DNA of 64,000 nt from Lama guanicoe (taxonomy: Eukaryota): the NCBI GenBank assembly GCA_013239625.1, contig MU054391.1, forward strand, positions 682,001 through 746,000. Reading direction: 5' to 3'. The notes beneath the pieces are model-generated. The model was given only the letters and a program-made list of their open reading frames with translations. It was not told where the DNA came from and ran no database searches. The position numbers and the translations under genes are program-made. Positions 11,314-24,229 of the stretch are shown piece after piece; position 1 is the stretch's first letter, and the number at the start of each line of letters is the position of its first letter.

Positions 11314-14199
11314 CTGAGGAAGAGACAGGGTTTCAGAGCACACCCCGCACTGTTCTCCCTGGAGGCCTCCCCCCCCATCGCCATCGGTGCCACTTCCACT
11401 CAGCTCCCTCCAGAGGCTGGTGCTTCCTGGAGGAAAATGAAATCCCGAGGGGGAAGCCCCTCTGCGCACCCGCCGCCTTCACACCCTGTCGGTCCCCTGC
11501 GAGGAGGGCGCCCAGGGCTGGTGGAGAAACAGCCCCGTGTAGAAACAGAAGCCTTGGGAGTCGCCGGAGAGGCTGGGCTGCCTCGCTGAGGGAGGGGGTG
11601 CTCCCTGCACAGAAAGGGCGACAGTAAGGAGCCCCCCATTCTTTCTCGGGGGCCGTGCCTGCCCCCAGATTCCAGAGCCCTTCTGTCTTGGGAGGGACCG
11701 TATGCTGGTCATTGTCCTGATTTATGTGAAGCACAGCCTCCTGTGTCCCTGCAGGCGATCCCGTGGAATTTGAACATGATTATTTTATTTAATTTTGAAA
11801 TATTTGGAAATAGGGGTCACGTTATCTAAAGGACATTCTCCAGCTGGAATGTGTTTATATATACACATACACATGAGTATTTTTTCTGTTCAGCAACAGC
11901 TAGCAATAAGCTAGTAGGCTGTGCGATGTCCGAATATACAGAATGAACGGGTCTCTCTGCACAGAACTAAAGAACCAGGTGCGGGACCCTTACAGATGCC
12001 CGGAGACACGTGGAGGGGAGGCCTGCGTGGCGCAGGGCTGCGTCCGGGTGGGACGTCACTGCTCTGCGTCAGAGTCCCGAGTGTCCGAACTAGTTTCCCC
12101 ATCAGGTCTGGCTTCTCTCTGAGCGTCCTGGTCCTCGGGCGGAGGGCCGGCTGTCCTAAGAGGGGACGGTCCCCGTCGCCCCATCACTACCATTTCCTTA
12201 GCGTTTCCCCAAGGTTGTGGGGCTGCCTGGCTCCCCTCGTGGAAGGCCGCTCTTCGCGGGCGGAGGTGGGTGCAGGGGCCTGGCGCCCCGGTGCCTGAGC
12301 CCTGGGGCTGGGGTGTCGGGCCCCCCTGTGTCCATCCTCACCTGTTCCACCTCCCCTCGCACGCGACCTGTCTCCCTCCGCTGCTTCCCGGTCACCTTTT
12401 ATTGGTGACAGAAGACACAGGGCGTGCCTCGTTCACTCTCCCCCCGCTTCATGGTAAAAGTTTAGAAAGTGGGGGCTGCACTTCCCTGCTCTGTCTCCAC
12501 AGCCCGCTGGCCCCACTGCGGTCCCTCATGAGGACAGCTGTGCCCAGGTCGCTGTGGCATCGGGTGGGGGCTGCGTCTCCGCACGGCGTGACGGCTGCCG
12601 TCCTGGGACTTCCTGCTGGAGCCATCCGGCCTCGCCCCGGGCCCGCGCTCTATGAAGCCTGCAGGTTGGTCTCCGTGCTCTGCCTGCCTCCCCCGCCTCC
12701 CCGAGTCCTCGGCTGGGCCCTCCGGGACCTAACTCGACTCCGAGGAAACCACAGCCCTGACCCAGGGCTGGGCTGCGATTCTGGAATCCTCTCCTAGGGT
12801 GAGGACTCTGCAGCCAGCGCTCAAGGGACGTGGGTCGGAGGGGCACTGTCATCCCCTGTGGGGGCTTGGGGTGCTGGCCCCCTGCCCCCCGAGAAGCCGT
12901 GCGTGGGGGGTGGGCGCCGCGGACGAGGCCCCTCATGCCTGGGTCCTCTCCCTGCCCCGGCACCAGCTTTCAGTGAGATTCCTGTCCCTGCACAGCGGTG
13001 GCCTGGGGTCCCCATCACCATTGACGTCCCCGCAGATCCAGGGCTGCGGGGCCTTGTTCCCGCGGCAGCATTTCACTGTTGGGCGGGTGGGTTTCTGTGA
13101 CCTCCTCTGGCTGATCTCATGCCTGAAGGTTCCCACCGCCAGCTGGGCACTGGAGCCTGGGAATAACGCACCTCGGGGTCCATCAGCCCTGACGTCTCTT
13201 CTGCTGAAAATATGGATGTGGTCACCCAGCGCGGCCGATCCTGCTGAGTCAGCCCCGAGAGGGAAAAGGCCGTCCCACTGGAGGCGCGCGGGGTGAGGGC
13301 CCTTGGGCCGCGGCACCCGGGGCTCCCCCAGCCCGGGGCAGCCCGCAGCCTCCACTTCCTCGTCCTTGCTCTAGGTGACAATGCCCAGGGCGTGCGCTCT
13401 ACGTAAACAGGGGACACCAGGGGTCTGTGTGGTGCTGGCAGACAGGGTGCCGGGAAGCCCAGACCCTCCCCTTCTGTCTGAACTTGTGACTCCTTCTTTA
13501 GGGTCCTCAGCCCTGGTTCCTCTTGCTGCTGGAGTGACGTGGAATCCATTCTGCAGAGCCTGGGACGGTCCCCACAATGTGGCCCGTGTCTTCGCTGGGC
13601 TCCGGGAAGCTGGGTTCTCCATATTTGGACCTGCCGTTTGTTTCTAAGAGGTGAGGTCCTCTTTCCTGTCTGCTGAATCTCCAATGAGTTCAAACAGTGC
13701 CTGTCCTGGGACTGCACCCCAGTTCTCCTCCAGACGCACCCCCTTGGTAACCTGCATGGACAGTGAGAATCTCCCAGCTAATGTGTTTCAGCAGAAATTA
13801 CCCCACCGTGCGGATGGCCTCCTGCCAGCACACAGCAGCCTCCCCACTTGCCTCCGTCCAGGCAGAAGCTGGGCTCTCGGCCTGAGCGGTGCCCTCCTGC
13901 CTCTCCTCCCCCTGGCCCTGCGTGTCATGTCCCCACTGAGGCTTCCATCTTCTAGAATCTTCTCCTGGATGCTCCCCGTCCCAGCCCAGCCCCGGGCGCT
14001 TTCCGATGCCTCTTACGTCTCAGCAGCAGGTCCTCTGCTGACCGGCCACCCTGTCACTCCTGTGTTTCTACAGAATGACATTTAAGCCCCTAAAGACTCC
14101 TGAAATCATCCCACAGAGAACCACTTCCGTACGCTTAAACCCAAGGTGCTGACCAAGCTGAATTCTGCACCGTTTGCCAAGCGGACACTGACTGCTGTG

Positions 14200-14500
14200 G
14201 CCGCACTAGCCTGATTCTGTCCCTTGGCCTGGAAAACCCTGCCTTCCCACGATTTCCTGGAAACTCTCGGGCGCCCTCAGCACTCGGCCCAGACATCACG
14301 GCCTGTCTCCGGCGTCCTTGGCACCAAGACCTGCTCGGTCACCATGTGCGTGTTTTCCTGGCCGCTGCCGTGTCGGTTTCCACCTCTGTCTCACTCGTCC
14401 ACGCCTTTGCTCCGTTAGACTGTTTATTCCCTGAAGACTGGGCCCCTCACTGTCACCACTTCTGACACGTATTAGGCAGTTGACAAACATTTACTGGCTT
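14200..14500 (+). mobile_element. L2 LINE 3'-end remnant
   Basis: Ends in ...tcaccacttctgacacgtattaggcagttgacaaacatttactg, resembling the L2 terminus. Confidence 0.45.
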
Positions 14501-17500
14501 TCCCAGGGTTCTAGGCTTCTGGGCTGAGGTTTGCAATTCTGTTCTCAGTGGCTAAGTTTCCGCAATAGCAACCGCCCTGCCCACAAGTCCTGGATCATCG
14601 ACGCAGGGCCACGTGCGTCTGCACCTCTGCTTGAAGGGGTAGAGATGTGGGGGCCCTTTCAGAAGCCTTGCCTCTCGGGTGGAAGAGCAGCCTGGGGCGG
14701 GGCAGAGTAGGCGGCAGTGAGGGCCTGGGCCCTGCGGCCTCCTGACCAGCAAGGGGGCGGCCGGTGTCCGCAGCTGAGCCCGAGGTGGATGGGAGACTGT
14801 CCAGAGGAAGAGCCCCGCGGGTGGGCTAGGCCAGCGCTCCCTGAGACTGTCGCATGTCTGGGTTTTGTGCCTGGGATGGGAGCCCAGGGGGGCACACTCC
14901 TTGTGGGCGTCTGTGTCTTCTCAAGCCTGTTTCCACATCTTCCCAGGACAGGGGACGGTTGGCCTCCCGGCAGCTGGGCCCCTGGGGCCCTTGCTGTGTG
15001 TCCCAGGGCGCAGCGGGCAGGCTGGCAGAGTGGGATGCTGTTCCCTGGGGGCAGGTGTTGTCAGGAGGGCAGGTGCCCCCAGAGGAACTGGGCTTGGCCG
15101 CGGGGGACGCAGGCTTTCTGCGCTGTCCCACCCCCTCACGTGTGGTTGTGGGCGTGAGGTGCACGTGCCGTGTGCTCAGGGACGCTCTGGGTGTGTCGCA
15201 CGTGCTCCGTGCAGCTGTCTTCGGCTGTCACAGAACATTCCGGAGCCCTAGGGCCGTGCTGCTCTGTGGGGCTGCGAGGGACTCCTGGGTGGAGGTGGGG
15301 CAGATTCGTGCGGCATCACCGTTTGTGAGACCTGGGCCACTTCTGCCCTGGTGCGCCGGCTCCCGGCTCTGGGTCTGTCGCCATGCATAGCGGGTGACAG
15401 GGTGAGAGATGCTCCTGGGCGTCCTGTGTGGGAGGGTCGTGCTGAGCCGTCACCGCACCAGCAGGTGTGGAAACTGCAGAAAACAGCTGCCCAGAGAAGA
15501 GTCAGGAAAAGAAAAAAGAGGCCTGGAAACGGGGTCTTGGAGGGAGAGCTGATGAGACAGATTTCTCTGCTGTCGTCTGAAGGTGAGAAGGCAGACACAG
15601 CTGGGCCCCGTCTGCCTGCGCAGTGGCCAAGGAGGCCTCACTACTGAGGACAGAGCTTTTGCTGGCGGGCTTTTGATAGGACATCATAGACGGTCAGCCG
15701 CATGGAGGAAAGTGAATCAGGAGAGCTTCAGAGACAGGAAACCTCTCCCCCATCACCACACAGACAAAAGCAGACACACTTCAGACCTCGTTGGGGGGAC
15801 GGGTTGGGCCCCCCATCCTGTTGGGGGCCGACTGCAGGCCCCCACGGGCCGTCGGGGCACTGGGCTCCACACGAGACCTGGCACTGGCAGCGGCCACTCC
15901 GGCTGGGCTCTGTCTCCGACAGGCAGCGACCCACTCAGCATCGGCTTCCTCCAGTGCAGAGAAGCGAGGCTGCCTGCTGCTCGGTGTGGCGCTGAGGCTG
16001 GTGGTGAAAGGCAGACTTCCGTAAGTCCCCGGGTGGTGCCCGGGGCGGGCTGTTCAGCTGCAGGAGGGAGTGGGGCCCTCCCGGGCCGGGGACGGAATTT
16101 GAACGTGTGCATCCGCCGGAGGGGGAGGGCGGGGGCCACGGCCACGCTGCTCACCTGGACCCGGGGGTCCCAGTGCCGCGACTCTGCTCCCCTCCTCAGC
16201 CCCAGGAGGGGCTCGGAGACCTCCGAGGGCCGCACGTCGCTGCACTGCGCTCCGGTGGACGCTGCACGTGCACGAGGTGAGGCCTCTGGGCAGCTGCGCC
16301 CGGCAGGTCTGTCGGAGCTGCTTTCCAACAGTGTCTGCTCCCCTCGCTTCTCTGTGTTGCCTCTGAACCGTCCTCGTGTGTTTCAAGCTTCTCCGCTGGG
16401 CCTGTGTTTGTTCTGGCCATCGGTGGTCAGTGGCCCTTGGTGTTACTGTTACAAAGAGATGACAACTTGCTGAGGGCTCAGAGGATGGTTGGCTCTCTTT
16501 TTAGCAGCAAAGCGTTTTTAAATGAGGGTCTGTACGCTGCTCTCCAGACATGACGCTACTGCGCACTCAGGCCACAGCACGGTGCAAACACACTTCCACG
16601 CGCGCAGGAAACCAAGAAGTCCGTGAGCCGCTGTACCTCTCCGAGGATCCATCAGGGGGAGCGCCTGCTCCTGAGAGGCGGTTCCCTGTGGTCTGCATGC
16701 CGGCGGCACCACCTCATGACCCCGGGAAGTGGACAGCCTGAGATTAACCGGGAAAGGTACTTAAGACATTCAGGAGTCATCAGGCCTGGGGGTCCCTTGT
16801 GTCCGTCGCCAGTGCTCGGTGTGCCCGGGGCCTGTCACCCTGGGCCCCGTTTCTGCTCAGCCAAGGGCTCATCCCCACTCGATCTGTGCGCGGGAAGTTA
16901 TTTCTAGGACAAGCGATATCGAGGAATGTGCTCGACTTTTAATGTGCCAACCCCTGCAGGGCTGTTTAAAGTGTTCACATTTGCTGAAAACCAGCTCTAC
17001 AGACTAACCCTGTAAGTGTGCACGCTGGGCACAGAGTGCAGCTTGAATCCAAGCTTAAACTACCTCGTGTTCACAAGTTTCTGCTACACCAACGTCCACC
17101 ATTTGTAAGTTAAATGCGCACAGATGTTGAAACTAAGAATAAGTTTCCAGAATGCCACCCTCCCCTCAAAATCAGTCGGAAAACAGACATTTGGAGATGA
17201 AATAGCCCATAAATGTTCACTGTTAGTTTGCAGACACTATTCTGCGGTGGAATTTCTGGCTGTGTGAGGACTGAGGTAAGTTCTGAGATCAACTAAAATT
17301 AAGAGTGGCGTAAAATGTGCTTGACTCAGACGTTTAACTAGAGCTTTGCGCTATTTCATTTTACTTTCTCAGAACCAGCGGTCCCACCCCGGCGGTAGCT
17401 TTGAGGTATTTACTGTCCTCCTCGTTCATGACGCAGTGGCTGGCTCTGACCTGCCTGCGGGACCAGCACGGCCCTTCTTGACTCTGGTGTCGCCAGTGCG

Positions 17501-18951
17501 AACATGGAGACGCGCCCGGGGACATCTTTGGTTGTCAGGAAGGGGGAGGGCAGCGCCACCAGCGTCCAGTGGGCAGAGCCGGGGCTGCTGCCTGACCCAG
17601 CTATGCACAGGGCAGCGCACGCAGGGAAGATTGACCCGGCCCCAGCGCCGCCATGCCCAGATGGACAGCTGGCCTAGAGAGTGGGGCGTTCTCATCGGGT
17701 GAGTGGGAAGAGCCGCCTGTAAGTCGCATCCTCCAGTTCTCCTTGTTGCTGTTCAGAGTTCATGCCTTTCCCTGACCTGTGCTATGTAACCGGTGCCCCT
17801 GAACGGGTGGGAAGCGAACACGGAAGCCAAGACTGGCAGGAGGACCTTAGTGGGGAACTGAGCCCCATGCGAGCTCTGTCCCTGAGCCACAAGGGCCGGC
17901 CAGCCAGGGAGCGGCCCCTGGACCCTGGGACCTGCTGGCTCGGTGACCACACAGTGTAGGGCCACCCTGACCCACGCGGTCCCCCTGCTGGGGGGAGGGG
18001 TCAGCCTGTGGGGCTGATCCCCCCCCCGTTGTCCTGACTCCCCTCTCTCCTTCTTCCCCTCCTCTCCCCTCCCCTCGGTGAGGAAGCATTTAGAGCAGAG
18101 GTGCTCATCCTGCCCCGACTGCCCATGCTATAATCTGATCTTAGCAGGGAGGCGACGGCTACCCCGTAAGGCGGTTTATTTCTTTGTTCGACGCTGCACT
18201 GCTTCCCACCGCTGACGACGTCACCTCCAGGGCATCTCGGTTCAGCCGGGCGCTCGTCCTTCCCTGGGCTTGTGGTTCCCGACCAAGCACAACAAGGAGT
18301 TCTCGCTCCAGGCCACAGGGTCTAGACCCACCTTGCGTAGACATTGTGCCAAACGATTCTTTCAGTTCACCTCTAGCTTAGGGCCCGGTGCAACGCAGAT
18401 GCTCAGAAAATGTCGAGCGAGTGGCAGCGGCGTAGACTTCTTGAGTTCTCATGCGGCTGCCTCTCCACGCTGTGCTCTAGGAACGCGCGCGGAGGGGCGG
18501 GCGGGGCCTGGGGATCGCGAGGCCAGGCACCTTGTGCCAGGCTCTGCTGGTCTCTGTGTGTGAGAACCATACAGGCTTGGGGCTCAAATTTCAATGTTTA
18601 AGAGATCAGCTCCCCGTGGGATTAGGACGCTTGCCGCTCGATGGCTGTCCTCAGGGACCTTAGGCTGTCCCGCGTCTTTTTCCTGCCCCTTTCCAATTGA
18701 GAAAGATGTGTTACCAGGTGACAGAGAAACGTTTCCTGCAGAAGGAGCCGGGGCACTAGGGCGGGAGCCTCGGAGGGGTCCGCGGTTCTGAGCTCGAGTT
18801 CTGGGCGAGGCCCATGGCAGGGACAGTGCTCTGTGCCCAGGGTGCCTGGCCCTCACGTTACCAGTGGCGGCGGCTCGGCCCAGTGCGGAAGCCGGTCCGC
18901 GGTCCCACGCGCGGGGGCGGAGGAGGGGAGGGTCTCGGGAGCTGCACGTAC

Positions 18952-19014
18952 CTCCGATGGGACGCATAGTTGCCGGTGATGTGCCCGGAGCCGTCGCAGC
19001 CAGGGGTGGGGCAC
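18952..19014 (-). CDS. MYT1L: MYT1L coding exon (about human exon 19), 63 nt: [20 protein letters not shown](S), C2HC zinc finger
   Basis: Acceptor ttgcag|G, donor AG|gtacgt; phase 2-2. Confidence 0.96.
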
Positions 19015-22000
19015 CTGCAATCACAAGTGCAGATTGGCATTTACTGGAAAGAAAGAAAACCCCCAAACGGTGAGCATTCCTATTTGCTCAGACACACCCT
19101 TTAACACGGGGCGCCCCTGGGGAAGGAGGCAGGTCGGGCTGCTCACCCGGCAGGTGGCGGTGTGTCCCCCTCCTCCTCTCCCGCCCACTGCACGGTCGGG
19201 GGACAAGGGATCTCTGGCCATCAGCCTTGCCACAGCCTCGGTGCCTGGGCTACTCTCCCAGGTCTCTGTGCCCCCAACGTCCCACGTCCCCCGCCCATCT
19301 CATCGCTTTAAGGGCGAGTTTTACAGACCCACACCCGATGCGAGATTTTGGCAGGAAGAGATGCACACGGTGGCCTGAGACTGGTCTTCGTCTAAACGTG
19401 AAACCCCGGCGTGACTGCGGGCCCCGTCACCCGGACCCCTCCCCGTCCTGTGCCTGCTGACCCCCGAGGCCAGGGTGGGCACCGCCTGGGCCTGCCCCTG
19501 GGGATCAGATCAACTGGCTTCCGGGCCCTCCTGCGGCACTCAGGCAGGTTTGATTTCCCTTAAAACCCTGGTCCATTTAGCCACCTCGAGCAGCGCACGG
19601 ATCACCCTCGGTCAGTTAGGCCAGGTCAGCCGGGACAGCTTAGCTCACGATGCCGACAGCCTGGGCTTAAACCTCACCAGGCGACTTCATCGTTTCTTAA
19701 CTACCACGTCGCCGTTTGCTACCGGGAGGAAGTGTGTTTGGAAGGGTTTGACAGTCACGGCCCCCACGTAACTCCCTCCGTCTGCCAGCTCAGGAGCCAT
19801 CAGCACCACTGACACATTTTCACTCTGAGTCACTTCTGCTGCATTTGTACCCACCAGGAATGTACAAATCAAGGACAAAAATTAAGAAAAAAATTTTCAT
19901 TATATTTTAACATGCCAGAAACAAGGATAAAATGAGTTAGTAACAATATTACTACCAGCAGTTACGCTCAGACCATGCCCTGTGCCCCCGTCCTTACTCA
20001 GTGGGCACCTCAGTTCCTGGCAAGGACAAAAATCACAGATTTAAAGTGTTTAATAAATGTTAATGCTTCTGAGAGATTTCAACTCGCATTCCACTCGGAA
20101 AGCCCCCGGGGTGTTAGATGCTGGGTCAAGGTCAGCAAATTCCTCGCTTGCAGACAGACGTTCTCAGGACCGGAGGGGCGGGTCCGGGATGAGATGGGCA
20201 CTCGTGAACCGGGGCTAAGTTCGAGTGTACAGATGCCGTTTCTTGACACCTGGATGTGGAGCCAGCCGCTGGTATCTAGAACTTGCCTAATTCTCCTTCA
20301 GTCCCGGGAAGAGGAGAGGGGCCACAGGGCTCGGGGGCAGCGTGGACACTGGGCACGCCACAGGAAGGGGGGATGTCTAATTTAGAGCCTGTGCTGGGGG
20401 CAATGAAAAAGACACTGAGGGAAAAGAAGGAGAGCGGCCCTTGGTGTGTGGAGGCGGAATTGGGGTTCAAAAGCAGGAGTCTGAGGCAGAACGAGTGTAG
20501 CAGTGTCCCCGAACCAAAAACGACAGCCTGGCCCAGCTGCTGACCTGTCATGAAAGTGGCCGCTCTAAGAAACCTGGAGTCTGATCACAAGACGATTCCT
20601 GCGTTAGTAACTCAACTGGCTGGTTTCCCAGTGGGACCTCAGGTGGGGCTGACCCGACCCCAGAGCCCTCATGCGGGGAGGAGACTTTGAAAGCAATAGA
20701 AGTCATTCTAAGAGCAGCTCATCTCCACGCACATTTCTGTTTTGAAAATGTATCAAGGAACAGAAATGGTTCCTACCAGCCAATAATACACATTTGGCCT
20801 TGCTTTTTGCTCAAAAAAAAAAAAATCCTTAAACTCTTCCTAATTTAAGTGCCTAGTGTAAATTTATTTAAAATGTATTCCGTTAGGCAAGAGTAGAAAT
20901 TCTTCTGTATCTTTTATTTTTTTTAGTGGGGGCGGGAGGAGGTTGTCACGTTCTGTTCAGATTTAAAGTGAGGCATTACACCTCAATCATGCAAATGAAA
21001 ACCAGATTTTACTAATTACAAAAAAAAGAGAAAAGGATTTTGAGGGCATTTTTTGGGTGTCTACGCCATTTACAAATACATCATCTGATTAAAAAAGAGT
21101 CATTTAAAATGTTCTTCGTCATCATGAAAACAGAAAATACTGATTTGGTTCCTTTTCAGAGCTCTCACTGTGTCGGAAAACAAAAACATTCCCAGAAGGA
21201 GGCCCTGCTTTCTTCAAAGGTGGGTTTTTATTTTGAGGGTTTGGAGTTAGGCAGCTGGGGTCGGATGCCCGGTCTGCCACCTGCTGGCCGCATGAATGTG
21301 GGGCAATTGAACCCTCCCCTGGGGAAGGGGACGGGCTGCAGGAAAGACAGGCGGGGCCTGTTTTGTGCTTGTCGGGGCCTCCCCTCTGCCCTGTCCCTTG
21401 CCCGTACCTGCTGACCCAGTGCCCGGCCAGCTCTCAGGGCTCCCCCCGGGCTGAGAAGGCAGGCCCAGCACCCACCCTGGCATTGCCAGCTCCGGTTCTC
21501 TCAGGGGCAGTGACCTGGCGTTCTCATCTTTAGGTGGCACGTCTGGACCACACAAGGTGGCCCAGGATGGTTCCTCAGGGATGCTCCCTCCCACCAGCTC
21601 TAAGTGCTCAGTTTTATGTCACTGGTCAAGACTTCAAGGCTTTTAAAAACCTGTAGCTTTACATACAAATTCCCTCACTTTAATAAACCTCAACATTCAA
21701 AAGTACAGTTTTCTGAAGTCAGTGAGTGAAGAAGTGATTCATCCAACAAAAGGGTCTTAGCTTCCCAGGCAGAGCCGCTCCAGGACCCTTGACAACAGGC
21801 CGGTGTAAAACCGATGCACAAAAATCCGATTTGCATCCATCCATCTAAGAGCACGTCTTTGCCACGAAGGGAGGCCCGTGTGGGATCATCCAAGTCCCCC
21901 GTGGATAAAATCAGACAACAGCGTGTGCTGCAGTCTGGGCTTAGACATGACAGCAGAGATTGACTGGTTTCCATGGAAACTCCCGACAAGGCAGGCACCG

Positions 22001-24229
22001 GTGCCCAGCGCTCACGTGCTCAGGCCTCGGGGAGACCCACCACCCCAGCCGGGGGTCCTCCTCGCTCCTGCCAGTTGGCACCGACAATCACGCCAGGTCT
22101 AGTCTAAGTTCCTGTAGTTGGAGTTGTAGAGTTGGGCTAAATAAAACACTTGCTTCATGTCTTTTTTCCCTGCCACTCCAAGGTGCTGTTGGTAAAAACA
22201 CTCTTGAGAAGGTGATGAATACGTAACCTTAGAATCCACACTTGCGCCTCAGGGACACTCTCCAGACAGAAACAGTCCCGGTCCCGTGCCTGTGACCCTG
22301 CATTTGCCTTGGGATTCAAGTAGTATCGAGGGAAGGTGATTTCGGTTAGGACCTGACCTTTTCTGGTTGGAAAACTGGTCTTACATAGACATTCAAGAAT
22401 GTCAGTGGAAAAATCTTAATAAAACGTTTTAAACTGTGTTTACGTTTTGCGGAATCCAGGTAAAATCTAAAAAAAGGAAAAATCTGGACCACTCACAAGC
22501 TTCTGGATTTCTAATTTCGTGGAAGTAGCCTTTCTCAGGCTCGGTGTCCGTGGCTTTTGTAGATCTAAGACATCAGAGCGAGCTCTGAGCCTGTGCCTCT
22601 GCACAGGGAAGGTCCTCTGTGCTCATGACTTTTCTTAGCTGTCTGCCCCCAGAGACTCACTGTGGCTCACACCTCCAGGGGACGGGGGACGTGCCCTCCA
22701 ACGCGGGCTTGCTGTCTGTGCGTGACAACAGGCATCGCGCGCTTCCTGTGCCTCGCACGGCATACCTCACAAAACGTGGCCACACTTTGCTTCTCAAGAC
22801 ACAGAGCCCATTACGGTAGCTCTTCTCCATCTACAAAACCGCTGCCCTGAGACGGGGCGGTAGGGACGGAGACACTTGAACCTACTCACAGAGGTTGCGT
22901 TATCGCCTAATTACTCATGAGAATATCTTTAAAGGGCTTCCTCCATATTCTACACCCTCTCTTTCTTGAAAATAAATATGAAGATTTGGTTCAGAGTTAT
23001 TTTAAGTAAGATGTTTAAAACATGACTCTTCGCGAGAGGAGAGCCTTCTCCTTCAGGGAATGCTCGTGGTGAGTCCGAGTTACTGCAGACGTGGGCAGGG
23101 AGGCTGAGACAGGTGCGCCCCATTGCATCGGCCCAGGGGCAGTGAGTCTGCTGACTCCTCGGGAGGGCGTCCAGGGCAGCTGCGGGGATACCTCGCTCTA
23201 CTCTCAGGGGACAGGGCATGCTGCTGGCATAATGTGGGCCAGGACAGGAGGTGGTCAATCTCTCCGTCCACCTAGGGAGCCAACGAGCCCCTGAGGTGCT
23301 GGGGCCAGAGTCCTCACAGTCAGCGTGCAACCTCGTCTTTCTGAGCACCTGGCATGGAGGGAGGGCAGCCCCGCTCCCCCTAGAAGCAGTCTGCAGGGAA
23401 AATGCTTTGAAGAGACTTGTGATCTCTCATCCTGATAAAGTCAAGTACTTACTTTTTTAAATCTTACAAACAGGCTGGAAGTACGGCCGGCCTGTGTGAG
23501 CCGTCCCTGGGGCCAGTATCTCTCTGAACCCACCCTAAAGGGCTGACTTGCCCCGGTTTTGAGCACAGGAGCTGAAACATGCAGAGACATGTTTACTGAA
23601 CTTTTGGGAAACTAATACGAAACGTCAGACTGATAGGCTGGGAGTTCTTTAAAGAATTTCGTGGCTTCCTTAATAGCCTTTTTCGTTTCTTTCTTTCACA
23701 ACCGTTTTACTGGGGGAACTTGTTAAGTAAAGCACAAAATACTCTCAATTTTAAAAGAAATCATGAAAACGTTAAATTAGGCCTTATCTATAGCAGCAAC
23801 ACGTATTTGTAAATTGGAATGATTCGGGTCACCTATGTGAGAGACTCATCCCATTTGTATAAAAAGTTCAATTTTTTTTTCTGCCTAAAGAGATGTGGTT
23901 CTAAAAATGTATTTATTTTGACTTTTTTGTCATACAAAGGGGAAATGATAAAGAAATGTGGAGGGCAAAAGAAAGAAATTTAAAAATAGAAAACTGATAC
24001 ATGCTGATTTCTTATGCTACACTTCTGCAATTTCCTCCTCAGAGAGAAAGCGGGTCACTTGAAAGCAATACACATCACCTCTGCTCGAATTCTTAGGCAT
24101 ATTGCCTGAAACTCAAGGGGTCTGCCAGCTTTACAGAGATTTTCTCTTTTATTGGGTTTCGGCACCGCATGTGCGCGTTTTGGACTTTCTCCCACACTAA
24201 CCCCACCAAGCCCCCTTTCACTGGCGTCT

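Noticed and set aside
19799-19820. REST/RE1-like atcagcaccactgacac
   Set aside because: The right half-site deviates at key positions of GGACAG and lacks the tail
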